Of a DNA stretch of 64,000 bases, positions 1-13,500 are shown piece by piece. The notes under the pieces are model-generated. The model was not told the DNA's origin. It did not search any database and saw only the letters and a program-made list of their open reading frames with translations. The stretch's first letter is position 1; each line of letters opens with the position of its first letter. The position numbers and the translations under genes were made by a program. Origin of the DNA: Saccostrea echinata. Its lineage: Eukaryota. Location of the stretch: positions 12,338,001-12,402,000 of the forward strand of contig NW_026889795.1 of assembly GCF_033153115.1 (NCBI RefSeq), in the 5' to 3' direction.

Positions 1-226
1 AACCATGTATTCATACCTATACCAGACAGCTCTGAAATGTTACTTTACAAACTATAATCTGTTATGCTTGAAGGAAATGCACTGACTTGCAATTTCCAGA
101 TTTTAAAATGAAATAATTTTTTTTCTAGATTGCATAAAATTGGGTAAGTTGAGTAACCATAAACAATTTTTTTTACTAGGCCTTAGTGTCCTATTCTGAT
201 TAATTGTATAAATTACCTATTTTTAG

Positions 227-292
227 GATGATCAGTCCTCTGGACAAATAGAGGTCATTGGAGGAGATAATCTGAAAAACCTTAAGGGCAAG
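227..292 (+). CDS. HPRT1: Hypoxanthine-guanine phosphoribosyltransferase, internal exon (DDQSSGQIEVIGGDNLKNLKGK); upstream exons lie outside the window
   Basis: ttttag acceptor, gtgagt donor, 66 nt; peptide and length match vertebrate HPRT exon 4 ([22 protein letters not shown]). Confidence 0.93.
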
Positions 293-431
293 GTGAGTTG
301 TCTTACAACAAACATTTAATTTATTACTTGATTAGGCATAATTGATCCAGAAGTCATAAATCTGAAAAACCTTAAGGGAAAGGTAACTAAAGTCATCTGA
401 CATGCAAACATTTAATTTATGACTGGATTAG

Positions 432-678
432 TTTGTTTCTTTTGTTTAATGTCCCTTGTAGAATTTTTCAATTATATTGATATGCCACCACTTGTACTTA
501 AGGCTTTTAGCAGTGAGAGATATATTTGATGTCAGTACCTGCTGCAACATAGGACCTCGGTTTAGATGGTATCATACGAAGGACCAGTCTCCACGTTCCG
601 CAGTGGATTTGAACCTGTGATTTAAGGATCAACTCCTTACTCTGCAACACTAGAGCAAATGCTCTGACTACTGTGGCT
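432..678 (-). mobile_element. Degenerate tRNA-derived SINE, same family as 62829-63100
   Basis: Collinear with the 62829-63100 copy (cataggacctc..gaaggacc..aaggatcaactccttac..ctagagcaaa). Confidence 0.75.
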
Positions 679-683
679 TGCAG

Positions 684-910
684 AGGCTACTGAATTAGTG
701 TTATTGTTAAAATCAGGGGCTACTGAATTAGTGTAATTGTTAAAATCAGGGCTACTGAATTGGTGTTATTGTAAAAATCAGGGGCTACTGAATTGGTGTT
801 ATTGTTAAAATCAGGGACTACTGAATTAGTCTTATTGTTAAAATCAGGGACTACTGAATTTGTCTTATTGTTAAAATCAGGGGCAACTGAACTAGTGTTA
901 TTGTTAAAAT
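684..910. repeat. Minisatellite, ~7 copies of a ~33-bp unit (ggctactgaattagtgttattgttaaaatcagg)
   Basis: Tandem units read directly. Confidence 0.95.
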
Positions 911-1012
911 GAAAAAAAAAAAATTACTTTTGAGTTAAAAATTATTTCAATTTATGAAATCCAAAGTGTGTCTCCTGTCCAGTAAACATTTAATTTAAAG
1001 CTTGGATTATTA

Positions 1013-1170
1013 CAGTAAAACATGGTTATGTTGAACATGCTTGTAATGAATTTATACTTAAAGTCAAGTATTATGTGAACTTATTATGGACTTATTGGAT
1101 ACAAAAAATTACATTTGTTAAGAACCAAAATGATGTGTCCATTGCCCTACAATATAAATTTTTTTGACTG
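1013..1170. mobile_element. Degenerate TA-flanked MITE
   Basis: ta|cagtaaaa ... tttgactg|ta; imperfect short TIR. Confidence 0.5.
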
Positions 1171-1916
1171 TAGAACTAATTTTGACTGACTGGAGTCATA
1201 AATTTGTAAGAATTGTTAAAAAGAAAAATCTTGGAAAGATTATTTCACTTCTAGAAATGACTAAATTAAAATTTAATGACAATTCATTGATTCAGGTTGA
1301 AGACTAACTGTTGATTAGATTAGCTATCCTTTAATTAAGGACTCATGCAATTATGGACTCTCTAGATGGTTAATTGGGTTTGATATTTACCAGAAAAATA
1401 TCAATATTGACTGATGCTAAGCTGAGGTCAATTTTGTTGTTTTTTTTTTGAACATCAAACCATGGTAACCACCAAAACAGTCCGTACCTGTGTTATTTTG
1501 TAGTCCATTATGAAATAAATAAGACAACTGAAGCATGCATGATGACTCCATTTTTTTATTAATGAACTGTTTCTCTATAAATTAAGATAAAGAAAATGTC
1601 CAGATTACTAGTTATAACCTCTACGTTCTCCTCTTGTAATGTGTAAGATATTATTTCATGTCTAAATAATGAGACAGCAATCCTGCTCAGATGCACAACT
1701 GGCTTCAAATGTTGCAACTATTGTTTACAAGTAATTTAAAGTATCATTTGTAACATGATCATTGCCGTTGCACTTGCACTGACCCTATAAGAGAATACAT
1801 CTTTAAACATGGTTGATAAGTAGTTTTATGAACATTTGCGTTTGTATAGAATATAAAGCTTTTATAGATAGACTATTTGATAGATAAAGTTCTAGAAATT
1901 TTGCCATTGTTTTCAG

Positions 1917-2017
1917 AATGTTTTGGTTGTGGAGGATATTATAGACACGGGGAAAACCATGCAGAAGTTACTGGCTCTGTTACAGAATGTCAAACCCAAG
2001 TGTATCAAAGTAGCCAG
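1917..2017 (+). CDS. HPRT1: HPRT exon with PRPP-binding motif ([34 protein letters not shown])
   Basis: tttcag acceptor, gtatgt donor, 101 nt; type I PRTase motif [11 protein letters not shown]; equals vertebrate exons 5+6 without the intervening intron. Confidence 0.96.
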
Positions 2018-2738
2018 GTATGTAATGTAACAGAATATAAAACCCAAGTGTATAAAAGTAGCCAGGTATGTAATGTAACAGAATATAAAACCCAAGTGTA
2101 TAAAAGTAGCCAGGTATATAATGTAACAGAATATAAAACCAAAGTATATCAAGGTAGTCAGGTAGGAAATGTAACAGAATATAAAACCAAAGTATATCAA
2201 GGTAGCCAGGTACATGTATGTAATGTAACAGAACGTCAAACCCAAGTGTATAAAAGTAGCCAGGTATGTAATGTAACAGAATATAAAACCCAAGTGTATA
2301 AAAGTAGCCAGGTATGTATTGTTACAAAATGTAAAAATAAATGTATGATATAAAAGTAGCTAGATATGTAATGTAAAAAACCTAAGTGTATAAAAGTAGC
2401 CAGGTAAGAAATGTAAAACCCAAGTGTATAAAAGTAGCCAGGTAAGAAATGTAAAACCCAAGTGTATAAAAGTAGCCAGGTATGTTATGTAAAACCCAAG
2501 TGAATAAAAGAAGCCATGTGTGAAATGTAAAACCCAAGTGTATCAAAGAAGCCATGTACATGTAAAAATTATGAAACCCAAGTGTATAAAAGAAGCCATG
2601 TAAGAAATATGAAACTCAAGTGTTTAAAAGAAGCCAGGTAAGAAATATGAAACCCAAGAGTATAGAAGTAGCCATGTAAGAAATATGAAACCAGAGTGTA
2701 TAAAAGTAGCCAGGTATGAAATGTTACAAAATGTAAAA
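1979..2738 (+). repeat. Minisatellite derived from the HPRT exon 3' end plus splice donor (48-bp units, then ~38-bp units)
   Basis: Unit aaacccaagtgtataaaagtagccag|gta.. is a copy of the exon end aaacccaagtgtatcaaagtagccag|gtatgt. Confidence 0.95.
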
Positions 2739-3055
2739 CAGGGTTGACTTGAAAATAACATTTTAAACCTTATTTTAAATTATATTTTTCTATCGTAAAA
2801 TTACAGAAAGTGTACTTTACCAACGTTGAAAGTTCATATCGTGAAATATTTTAACCCAAAGTAGCAGAAAAAAATCAGAAACTGTCTTCTATATTCTCAT
2901 TTCAGGAGGAAAGTTATTGAATATTTAGCTGCTTATTGTGTATAATACATAGTGTATCAGTAGGATTTAATAAGATATGGACGAAAACCTGCTACTCTCG
3001 ATACATAAAAGGAAAATGTAATTATAGATGTTGAAGGAATTTTCATACTTTTAAG

Positions 3056-3182
3056 GAATATGAAGATAACGAACAGTATTCAATCTTGAAAGTCCAATAA
3101 AACGATACAAATTTGGAGCAGAATAAACACAGACCTCAAAATTTAGAGGTGGGATCAGGTGCCCTGGAGGAGCGTATCATCC
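3056..3182 (-). mobile_element. 3' terminal fragment of a Penelope-like retroelement
   Basis: Reverse complement contains ggcacctgatcccacctct and ctgttcgttatcttca, shared with the element ends near 15100-15480 and 27218-27425. Confidence 0.65.
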
Positions 3183-3598
3183 ACATGGTTCTGGGTCTTC
3201 AAAATGTTTTGTAGGAAGAAAGCAGTGAAATGAGAGTGTATTTAATAGTAGAACCAAATCAAGATCTGGTTCTGGAAAAGGTCCGATAAAATGCTTACTC
3301 ACCATATGGGCAATAACATCCTCAATAATCAGTTGCTCACAGGCTTACTCTGTTATGGAACATGAAACTAACATGATAGGTTATTATATAAAAAAAGACA
3401 ACACATACATGTAACATCCTTCATCAGGTATTTATTGTCATGTGCTGAAGCTCTGAAGTTCCTTTAATGATATAAACGTCTTGTTTATTTGATTGTAATG
3501 ATTAAATTTAATATTTTCAATATCAGTATGAAGCTCCAAAGTTTTTAGATGATGATGATTGTTTATGAGAATGTAATTTTTGAATGTTTTATTTTCAG

Positions 3599-3645
3599 TA
3601 TGCTTGTGAAGAGAACAACAAGGAGTTCTGGATATAAACCTGATT
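3599..3645 (+). CDS. HPRT1: HPRT exon (MLVKRTTRSSGYKPD)
   Basis: ttttcag/gtaagt, 47 nt, phase-compatible; matches HPRT LLVKRTPRSVGYKPD. Confidence 0.95.
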
Positions 3646-3652
3646 GTAAGTA

Positions 3653-4588
3653 CAGGTAACTCTTGATGGCTCGAACTTCGAAGTTCTGGATCGCTTGAAG
3701 TGAATCTTCGGTCCCTGGGCAAATTTTCCCTTATATAACTAAGCAAATTTACTCTTCATTTCTCGAACTCTTGATCTCTCGAAACCCTTGATCCCCCAAA
3801 TCAAAATGCAGTCCTGCTATGCATATTCTATTATAATTTACCCTCGATACCTCGAAGTGGCTTTGTGTATACAAGGTTATATAATTAGCACCTTTACCTG
3901 GACATTTAAAATGGCCCCAGGCAGAAGACGCGGGTCCCGAGGAACGGGAGGTTTATTCAGGTGAGACTATGCTGCAAGGTGATAATTGATTTATAATTAA
4001 TTTTTTTTTTGCCTATATGCTATTAAAAAAAATTATCATCGACTGTCTTACGATAATTTAGAGACCCAGTGTCAGTGAAAAGTAGTAATTGATTAAAAGA
4101 CGAAACACTAATTTAAGTTTTATTTCGAGTCAGTACGTGTCAAAGTTAAACGAAATATGAAAAAGCAGAAACAGCCTTAATGTCAATATGGCGACTATTA
4201 TTGGACATACACTTACAGAACTGCGTTCAATGATCATGTTTGGAATAGTCAGTGCTATGTACAATGCTGTAAAAAGTCGTTTTCGTGTAACAAATGCGTA
4301 GTATGATGTCCGTATTACAAAACTAAATAATTATACATGAAATGATGATATACATTTTTTGCTTTACTCAGTTTAATGAAATATTCATCTAAATTACGAA
4401 AAAATATCATTGGTTTATAAAACCATGTGTAAAAGGTTATCACTGCATGAAAATCATTATATACGGTAAGACTAATTTTAAAAACTGTCAACAAACCTGG
4501 AAAATTCCGGACTCTTGAAAACTCGAACTCTTGATCTTTTGAAGTTTTTCCTTGGTCCCGCGGACTTCGAGGTATCGAGAGTTACCTG
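3653..4588. mobile_element. Non-autonomous Tc1/mariner/pogo-type element (936 bp)
   Basis: TA duplication (3651-52, 4589-90); TIR caggtaactcttgatggctcgaa vs caggtaactctcgatacctcgaa; subterminal ctcgaa motifs. Confidence 0.85.
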
Positions 4589-5275
4589 TACATGTCATGT
4601 GACTGGTTACCTGATGTCATGTGATCTGGTCATGTGCTTAATGTGGTTATAAACTTTTAATTATCAAACATCTTATCACTGTATCATTTTTGTTCAGATT
4701 AGTTACAATTTATTATAAGTCCACATAGTAACATATATAATATCATGTCTTTATATACATGTCTAAGCATATTTTTATATTTCCATAATGCTATTAAATA
4801 TTGTTGCTTTGAAAAGTGCAGTCTAAATTTTAACATTTAAAGAATGCATTTAATAGCTACCAAAATGGGTTGGGACAGTTTACAGTTCATGAACTGTGAA
4901 GTGGTTTATAAAAAAGCATAAAATGCTCCAACCCAGTTTATACCATATAAATTGGGTACATATTAAATTCATTCCTAATTATGATCTAATTTTCTTTCGT
5001 TCATTGTAAGAAAAGACAACTAATGTCCCTAAAAAATGACTTCAAATTCTGCAAAATTTAAGTGTGACATCAGGGGGATCAATGTGTTTATGACGCATGT
5101 TGTGACTTTGGCAACACAGTTTATAAAATATATATAGGATCTCCTATGGTTTGTGGCTGGTTATGATTTTTTATCCAACAAATTGTGTGTTTTTATCCCG
5201 GAGCTTTGGCAAATGAAATCTTACATGAAATCCCTGATACATGTAGTTTCATTGTGGGGTATGTTTAAATTTCAG

Positions 5276-5352
5276 ACACTGGGTTTGAAATCCCTGATAT
5301 TTTCATCGTGGGGTATGCCTTAGACTACAACGAATACTTCAGAGATCTTAAT
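5276..5352 (+). CDS. HPRT1: HPRT exon ([26 protein letters not shown])
   Basis: tttcag/gtaagt, 77 nt; conserved [20 protein letters not shown] motif. Confidence 0.97.
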
Positions 5353-5414
5353 GTAAGTAATGATATCCAGCTAACACAGTGATTCATTTAATGAAAGTAT
5401 TATAGTTAATATTA

Positions 5415-5592
5415 CAGTGAAATATGTCTACTCTGACATACACTGGGAGACATTTTGTGTTGGAATAGACAGGGTGTCAGATTGCACAGTGTAGCGAACA
5501 TGGAAAATAGTAAAATAGGAATGAAAATAAAGGCTGGAATTGATTTACAATAAAAAAGATTACACAGGTGTCTGATTAGACAGTTTTCACTG
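5415..5592. mobile_element. TA-flanked MITE (second copy at 55552-55728)
   Basis: ta|cagtgaaa ... tttcactg|ta; internal cactgggagaca shared with the second copy. Confidence 0.85.
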
Positions 5593-5812
5593 TATAAAAT
5601 CAACAGAATTATTATGACATGTATGTTTTAAGACAATTGAAATTGGAAGTATGCAACTGTTGCAGTCTCTTTCTTTGAATTTCAATAATTATCATTTTAA
5701 AGTACATGTTTAGGAACCTGACCTTAAACAGATGGATTTAATTTAAATTTACATGAATTAGTATTTTATGTTTTATTTCTTTAGAATTGATATGCATTTC
5801 TCTTTTTTATAG

Positions 5813-5863
5813 CATGTTTGTGAAATTAATGAGGCAGGCAAGAAGAAATATGCATCAAAATAA
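5813..5863 (+). CDS. HPRT1: HPRT last coding exon (HVCEINEAGKKKYASK*)
   Basis: ttttatag acceptor, TAA at 5861-5863; matches HPRT C-terminus HVCVISETGKAKYKA; AATAAA candidates downstream (first at 6256). Confidence 0.94.
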   Translation, partial: HVCEINEAGKKKYASK

Positions 5864-8800
5864 CGACAACCTTATTGTGTTAATGATGATATTAGAGCCT
5901 GGGACCATAACCCACCTTAGAAGATATCAGCTCAAATAACAATGATTATATAGAGATTACATGCTGGATAAACAGTAATTTTCCGAGATTACAAAATGTT
6001 ATAAGGTGAGAAAATCAGAATGAATTAGATTCTTTGCGATCAAACTGTTTACCGCTCTTGTTTTTCAGAAATTAGTTTTTTTTTTTGATATCTCACTATG
6101 TGAATTCAAATATTTATTCCCTCTTTAGTCAAAGAATACTTCTGTGTTTGTATGATTTGATATCTGTAATATCTATTTTTATAATAGGTATATTATATTT
6201 TTTTTTTCTGATTTTAAAAACGGAAGTTGGTTAAAAATATAAAAAAAATATTTTTAATAAAGTTCTCAAGCTTCCTTTTAAGATTTTTTTTCTTGTGGTA
6301 TGTGTTTGACTAAACGTTGTTTCCGTTGGAAGAAAATGAGTCATGTATATGTTTAATAAAAATGAGAGAAATATTTGTTATGAAAGCAATTTTGTCTGAT
6401 TTTGCAGCATAAGGTAGAATTGAGACCACTATGAAATCGTTTTTACTGACAAAATACAAACAGTGTCATTTGTTTTTATTTCAAATGTTTATGGTAATTT
6501 CAAAACAGAACAAAGAAAATCTTAATTGTACATTTTTACATCAAAATTTATGTAAGTTGACAAAGAAATTCTTGAAAGTACTAATAAATGCTGAAATATA
6601 TGAATGATTACAAAACTGGAATTTTTTAAAGCAGAACTTTGAAGAAGTTGGAACATTTCTTGCAGATTATTATATTGACGGGGAAAAATTATAGTACAAT
6701 AAAAGCAGAGGATATGTTAATAGTGGGAATTTAGAGGCGAAGAAATTAAGCTTAAATAAATCTCATTGCAGGTAGTTCATGTTCTGTATTATTTAAATTT
6801 AGACACATTCTGTTCTGTTTCCATTTGACTGTGTTGTACATGTTGTGACCAAAAATTTCCAGAACTGGTCTGTACATTGATTTTTACACAATATGAAAAA
6901 AAAATGTTCAGGAAAATCGGAAGTAATGTATTTCTAATAAATTGTTTAAGATTTACCAGATTGTATTGGCTTGTTTTCTATGAAAATAAATATTTTTTCT
7001 TTACACATTGTTGGGATTCAGAACTTCTTTAAAACAGAGAAATGTTCGGTTCATTATAAGTGATATTATCATCTGTATCAGTTTTAATGTGTGTGTATCA
7101 TTCAATAACTGTAAAAAGAGATTTAAAAAAGAAAGGACAAGATAGGCTAAGACCCCTTTTTGGCCCCTGAATTGTGGTGTACGATTGTGGTGTACAATAC
7201 AATAGGTCATCATCATAAGCCTGTTGTCATCCCTCTTACAAAATGAGTGTTGATTTTAAGTTATGGGGTACACGAAGGTCACAAAATATGTCAATTTCCG
7301 AATTTTCTCATTTTTATGCACATTTTTATCAATATTATAGCACATTTTGTTTCAGAAAACACAGAGCACAAGCTTGCCTATCTACCAAATTTATATATTT
7401 CACGCAGTAGTATTAGATGCTTCTTGTGTGTAAAAATCCCAGATAGGAAAGCTTGTGCTCTATGTTTCCCAAAGTGAAAAGTATCTCAATTTTAACAAAA
7501 TTCCATCAGAATTGAGGAGTTCGGGAAAATGTCCAACTTTAGCACCCTCTTGTGGTCTCCCTGTACTCTTTGAATTATGATTATTGCTTGTTTTGAAACA
7601 AGCAACAATTCAAGTTCTTAAATGCGAACTATCACCATTTTAACTGTTTCTTGATTTTTTTTAAATAATTTTTTTACATAAAGTAAGGGGCCAACTTCAG
7701 CTGTTACCATACCTTGTCCTTTAACAGTTATATAGGATTGAATTCAGGAAGGATAAAATTGTATCTTCCAAATTATACTAAAGTGGGTCACATTGACCTA
7801 CTTTTTGAATTTTAAATGTATTCATTTTCAGTTTGTTTAATACTTTGTCATTTAATGCAATTAACTTTACTTCGTACATCATAGTAAAATCAGGCGTATT
7901 TAGTTATAAAGCAACTATTTTCACATAATTTATCAAGTTAAACAAAAGAAAGGAATCCACAGGCTTCAAAGTCTATGAACTATTTTAAGGACCTATTTTT
8001 TTTTTTTTTATGATTTTTTAACTGATAGGTTGATTGACGTTGTCATAGTGTGTTTATGATGTTAAACTAAATTTCTCCAAGAGGGGTGCATAAAAATGTT
8101 ATAAATAAAATAGTATATTTATTAAGATGTTGAAATTTTAAAGAAAGGAATTTGAAAATCTTACATTTAGTTTCTGATAATTTTTTTTTTCATAAATTTT
8201 CGTATATGTCGTATTTTGTAGTCCTTAAAAACAGGAAAATTTCGTTTTTTTGTTTTTTTTTTACATTTTGAGATGCCCCCTTTGGAAACCAGACAATGGA
8301 ATTTTGTTTACTTACATATATTGTACAATACAGTAATACTCATCATAAATTTTATTTTGAGAAAAATGTCTATAATTGTAGTGTTTGTAAAATTTTCTTG
8401 ATGGTCCCTAAAATACTCAGACGATAGATGTTCTTGAAACTTGGCATGTACACTGAAGTCAATGTAAGTTTCCTATGATATAAAATTTGAGATTTTTTTG
8501 TTGTAGTTTTCACACATACACACACAAAAAACCCAAATCGGATTCTTAAGACTTCAGGGTTTGGCATAAAATAGATCATAGTGACCTTCTTACTGAAGTT
8601 TATGGCTGTTCATGTTCAAAACATTTTAGCTAAATGTTTTTGATACCAAGATGTTTGGGGTCAACTAAATTTATCAGATTAGGCATTTCTTTCTGAATTT
8701 TACTGTTTATTATTTTTACATTTTAAAGTATTGTAACCTCTTTTATTTCAACTATGTGATCTGCTGGGTCAACCAAGCCTATTTAATTGATGCATCATGG

Positions 8801-9621
8801 AGTTTGGGATGTATCAATGCAAAAGAAGTCCACTATAGTATATGATACTTATGATAATAAAGATAAAATTTGATAAATATGTCACATTGATGCTGCGGAT
8901 GTTAAAATTATTCAAGCAAGTCGATAGATGCGTGTTGTGGCCTTGGGGAAATAGTACCTGAAAGTAGGTCACAGTGACCAACTTTTAAATTTTTTGCAGC
9001 GTTTCTTTTTCACATTGTATAAAATGTTTCAACTAAACTTGCTACAGAAACATTCTATATATTAATTTTTATTGAAAAACTTTAAATGAAAAATGAAACA
9101 TATTCATTTTACTTATTTTAAGGTCTCTTAGGTGCCTTTTTCATGATTTTTAAAAAAAATATATATATGTCAATGAATTCATCCATGACGTGAGAAAAAA
9201 TATAAAATAAAAGAAATTCTTCCAATAATAAGCTTTTTAAAGGTACATGTAGCAGGCCACCATATAATTATTATAATAACAGGTAAAGATTCTTAAAATA
9301 CTTGCCTTGTTTTGTCATCTGTGTCATTCATGACAATAGGGCTGTGTAACTGTTTTTGAAATCCGAGCATCGTGCGCAAATCTACGGAATGTCTTAGCTG
9401 CTGACTTCATATTATGTGCAGTGATGGAAAAGTTGGTAAGGGAAAGACGCACTTGCTTACTCGACCGTCAATATCAAAAGTAAAGATAGGTTTGATAATA
9501 ACACACACATATACATCAACTAGTCTTCAATAATTATAATTTTATAGATGTTATATTTATTGCATGGACGGAAAATAGAATTATCCATCCATGCAATAAA
9601 TATGAAGTCCATTATTTTTGC

Positions 9622-9624
<3 letters not shown>

Positions 9625-9667
<43 letters not shown>
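9625..9667. repeat. (AG)n microsatellite
   Basis: Read directly; others lie at 22522-22548 (CT), 34707-34741 (CA) and 43819-43857 (AG). Confidence 0.95.
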
Positions 9668-9669
<2 letters not shown>

Positions 9670-10004
9670 GTAAATGCTGCTAAAGTGCATCACTCGTTTG
9701 AAAGTTATTTTTAAAGAGACTCGGACATTTCTTTAGCTACAGACTTCCTGTTGAATACTTAAGAAATAAAATATGGGGTTTCATGAATGTTGCAAGATCT
9801 ACATGTATAACCTCTGAGAAAAAGAAGTATAGCTCTGAGGATTTTATTTTTTTTTTCAAGATTTCAAGACCCATGATATTTCCTTGCATCAACTGAGGCA
9901 ATAAATACTTAACTTCTGTTAAGACTATAGTTCTCCTGCCTCGTTATACCAGTACATGTAGATGTTTGTGTTTTACTATGATTTTGACTTTGAGTACATA
10001 CGCT

Positions 10005-10037
<33 letters not shown>

Positions 10038-10598
10038 GATTAAAGTTTTGAGATTGGTTTCCAAAAAATTCTCAATAATATTTTGACCCCTTATTTTGTA
10101 CTATCGTTACCGCTATGACCCTGATTTTAACAATTTTAAAGAGTACGATCCTTTGTTTTTGAAAAAAAAGGTCTTGTCACACTAGCTAAAACGGTTGAAA
10201 AGTCTTGGTGCTCTTAATCCAATGTTAAGACCGAAATCATTGCCACATAACCATTGCCTAGCAAAATGTCCAATTTTGAAGAATAATGAATCCAGGCTTT
10301 TTGACATTATTGACAGCTGCGTTTTCAATAAAAATGAAACTCGTCAGTTTACTATCTTGCCATTGGTCATTTGCAAAATTGTTTTGTTAAAACATTCTGA
10401 TTTTAAGCACAAATACTCCGAAATTGGTATAAAAAAGATGCTTGAATTTATTACTAACAATATCTGTAGTTATTGGAGATCAAGTCTGTCTGAATGTCTG
10501 TAAGAACCACATACGCCCTGTTATTGGCAGACTTTTTTTTGTATTCAAATAAAGCAAAATTCATTCAAAAGCTTCTACATTAAAAGAAGAGTCTCTTG

Positions 10599-13500
10599 TA
10601 TGGCACGCCGATTGCATCAAAATTATTTTCTGCACGAGCTTAAACAAAAATTACACGAGTAAGTAAAAACTTACACAAAGTGAGGAAAATACACACGAAA
10701 TTATTGAAATTTACACACACACTATAGAAAAACTGCACAATTACCAAAATATTTACACAATATAGTGACAAAATTACACAAACGTAAAAACGAAAACTGC
10801 ACGAGTGAGAATACAACATCAACATAATATGCAGCGCATGCTCATTGCACACATTTCATTAATATTCATTAGAGAACAACTCAATGTGGCTTGGATGCTT
10901 GAAACATATTATGAATACAAAAGGATGAGTAACTTTTAAAAAAAGATTCAGTCTTTTAAAATTTCGCTAGACTCTAAAGAATATGTACAATGTATATTAT
11001 ACATGTAGATAAATTGACAGGGCCACACAATCTTAGTAGTATTTGAACACCTATGATTAAAAATCACTGGTATAGATAACGTAAAAAGGGGGATGCATAT
11101 TACCAAATGTGTGTTTAATTGTTAGATTTTTTAAGTATGTCATTCCTTTATACAGCAATTTCTTTTGAAAGTTTAAAACAAATACATAAAACAGGCCTTA
11201 ATAAAAATAAATAAAAACAACATGTGATATGATACAGGAGTTAACATCAAACTCTTCTCCTCCATCACCCACTGTGTATACTTTTGATAATAATCAAGGA
11301 TGTGCATTCGTGACCTTTTCATACAGAGATCCCTCCCAGCTGGTTCTTGAACGAAAGACACCTGTACGCTAATCGATTTATAGCTATTGGACACACCAAT
11401 AATACCTTTTGATTCAAGATTACTAGCAATTCATACAAAGAATTTGAAGCAATGTTGCGATCATCTGGGTTGTGGAATTTGACCGAAAATATTTTGGAAG
11501 TGAACAGAAAAGAAAATCGACCATACAATTGTGCAATTTTAATTTTAATATTGTTAAACATAACTCACTTTTGATATTTGTACATGTATGTAACAAAGTA
11601 GTACACGTAGTCTTAACTTTTAAGCAAGTGTGGTGATTTCATAAAGCTCCATGAAAATGTACAAAAATTTTACAGTCGTTTTACCTATGTGATTTAAAGC
11701 TTAATTTATGTTGTTTTTTAAAATGTAGTCTATTTTGAATAGGTAAAATGCATATAAAGGAATTAAGAAAATTTAAAATTATAAAATGCAGGCACTAGTA
11801 TCGCATTTGAAAGTAGGGGGGGGGGGCAGAATTTTTTTCTTTTTGACAACTTACCTGAAAAAAAAAACTTGCCAAGGAAAAAAAAGTAAAAGTGTCCAAA
11901 CTTGAAAATCCTATTTTGTGTGGGGAGGTGTGTGTGTGTTTTGGGGGGAGGGGGGTGGCACCTTCCACCTTCTTTTTGAAACACATTACCAAATTAATTA
12001 CTTTGATTTAAATACTACAACAAAAAGGGGGGAGGGCAACCAGCTTTTCAGTGGACATTTACAATAGAAGTAGGTTATGTTTGGAAAAAGAAACGGAGGA
12101 GGGAGGGGGGGAAGGTCCCTCCTGATGCCAAGTGCCTGAAATATTTTCTAAGAATTTAAGGGTACATGAGATTGTCTATCGAAATCAGCATTGTAATTCA
12201 ACTGAACTGTAACGATATTGTAAGACCAAATTCAAGAAGACATACAACATGAATTTGATAATCTGTGACTTGGCTACACATATATATTTATTTTCAACGC
12301 AGATTCTGACAATAAATTTGCACACGGTAATACATGTAAGACAAAGATTTCTTGAGGTTTATATTCAGCATATGTTTTCTTATATTTATTCGTAGTCATG
12401 CTCGAAGTAAAACAAGACCTGGTTGATGCCATTGCTATACACATGTACAATATTGCTATAAAACAAACCTTTTAATTACTTGTACATGTATACGTACAAA
12501 ATACAAATTGCAAAAATTATGCTTTTTTCCTCATAATCTGAATTATCAAAAGTGTTGGATATGCACATGAATATTCTTTTTAAAGTGGATCTTGTATCAA
12601 ATATGTTCCTTGAATGTTATTGAAGATTATTTTCATTTAATTATAATTATACAGTCATGTTCTTTTTACGATTGCCATAGATTTGGGTAAAAATATGTTT
12701 TTACAAGAAACTTAGTGTCTGGAAAATAATTAAAATTTTATAAACACTAATTCGAAATGTAAAGAGAATCTGTTATCTTGGAAAAAAATTTACCAAACAG
12801 CGAGCTCCATAAAGTAATGATTTATTTGCACTTTTCAGGAGTGATGAAACACGTTCTATGTTCTTTTTATTTATATCATATCCATTCCTATTTTCTTATT
12901 TGAACCATTGTGCGTAGATGTATTTAGTAATTCACTTTGTTTTATTTCTTATTTGTCATTATGATCCAACGATTTGAAACTTTAATAAATACATACTGTA
13001 GATTCAGATGTTGCGACTCCAATCGATCCACGAACCAGATCCGCCACTAATCATATGTTTTCCCGGTGCCAGAATCATTTTAGTAAAGTTTTGTTATTTC
13101 ATTTGGACAAATCTTAATTAAGTAAAAAAAAAACCCACAAAACCGAATGTGTTTAAAGCACATAAAGTATAGATATTCTCCCTTTATCTGCTCCTTTTTA
13201 TTAAATGTGAAAACATTTATCGAGGAATCGCCATTACGAATGAGGATAACGCTTATACCCTTTAGGAATGTCTTGATTTTTATTGAGTACAACTGAAAAT
13301 ATGCGATATCATGGAAGGAATTCATAACAGTGTGGGCTAAAGATATCCAACCAAAATTGATATCCTCATATTTTATAAGTAAAGATACATGTGTAATTAG
13401 AAATAAAATAGTTTTTATGTTTGACTTTAAATACATACTGTGTACATGTATATCTAAGGTCAGGTAATCCCCACTTTTTAAGATTTTTGAAAAAAAAAAT

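Noticed and set aside
1877-2353. 158-aa repetitive ORF and the antisense 1913-2293 ORF
   Set aside because: Out-of-frame read of the HPRT exon running into a 48-bp minisatellite
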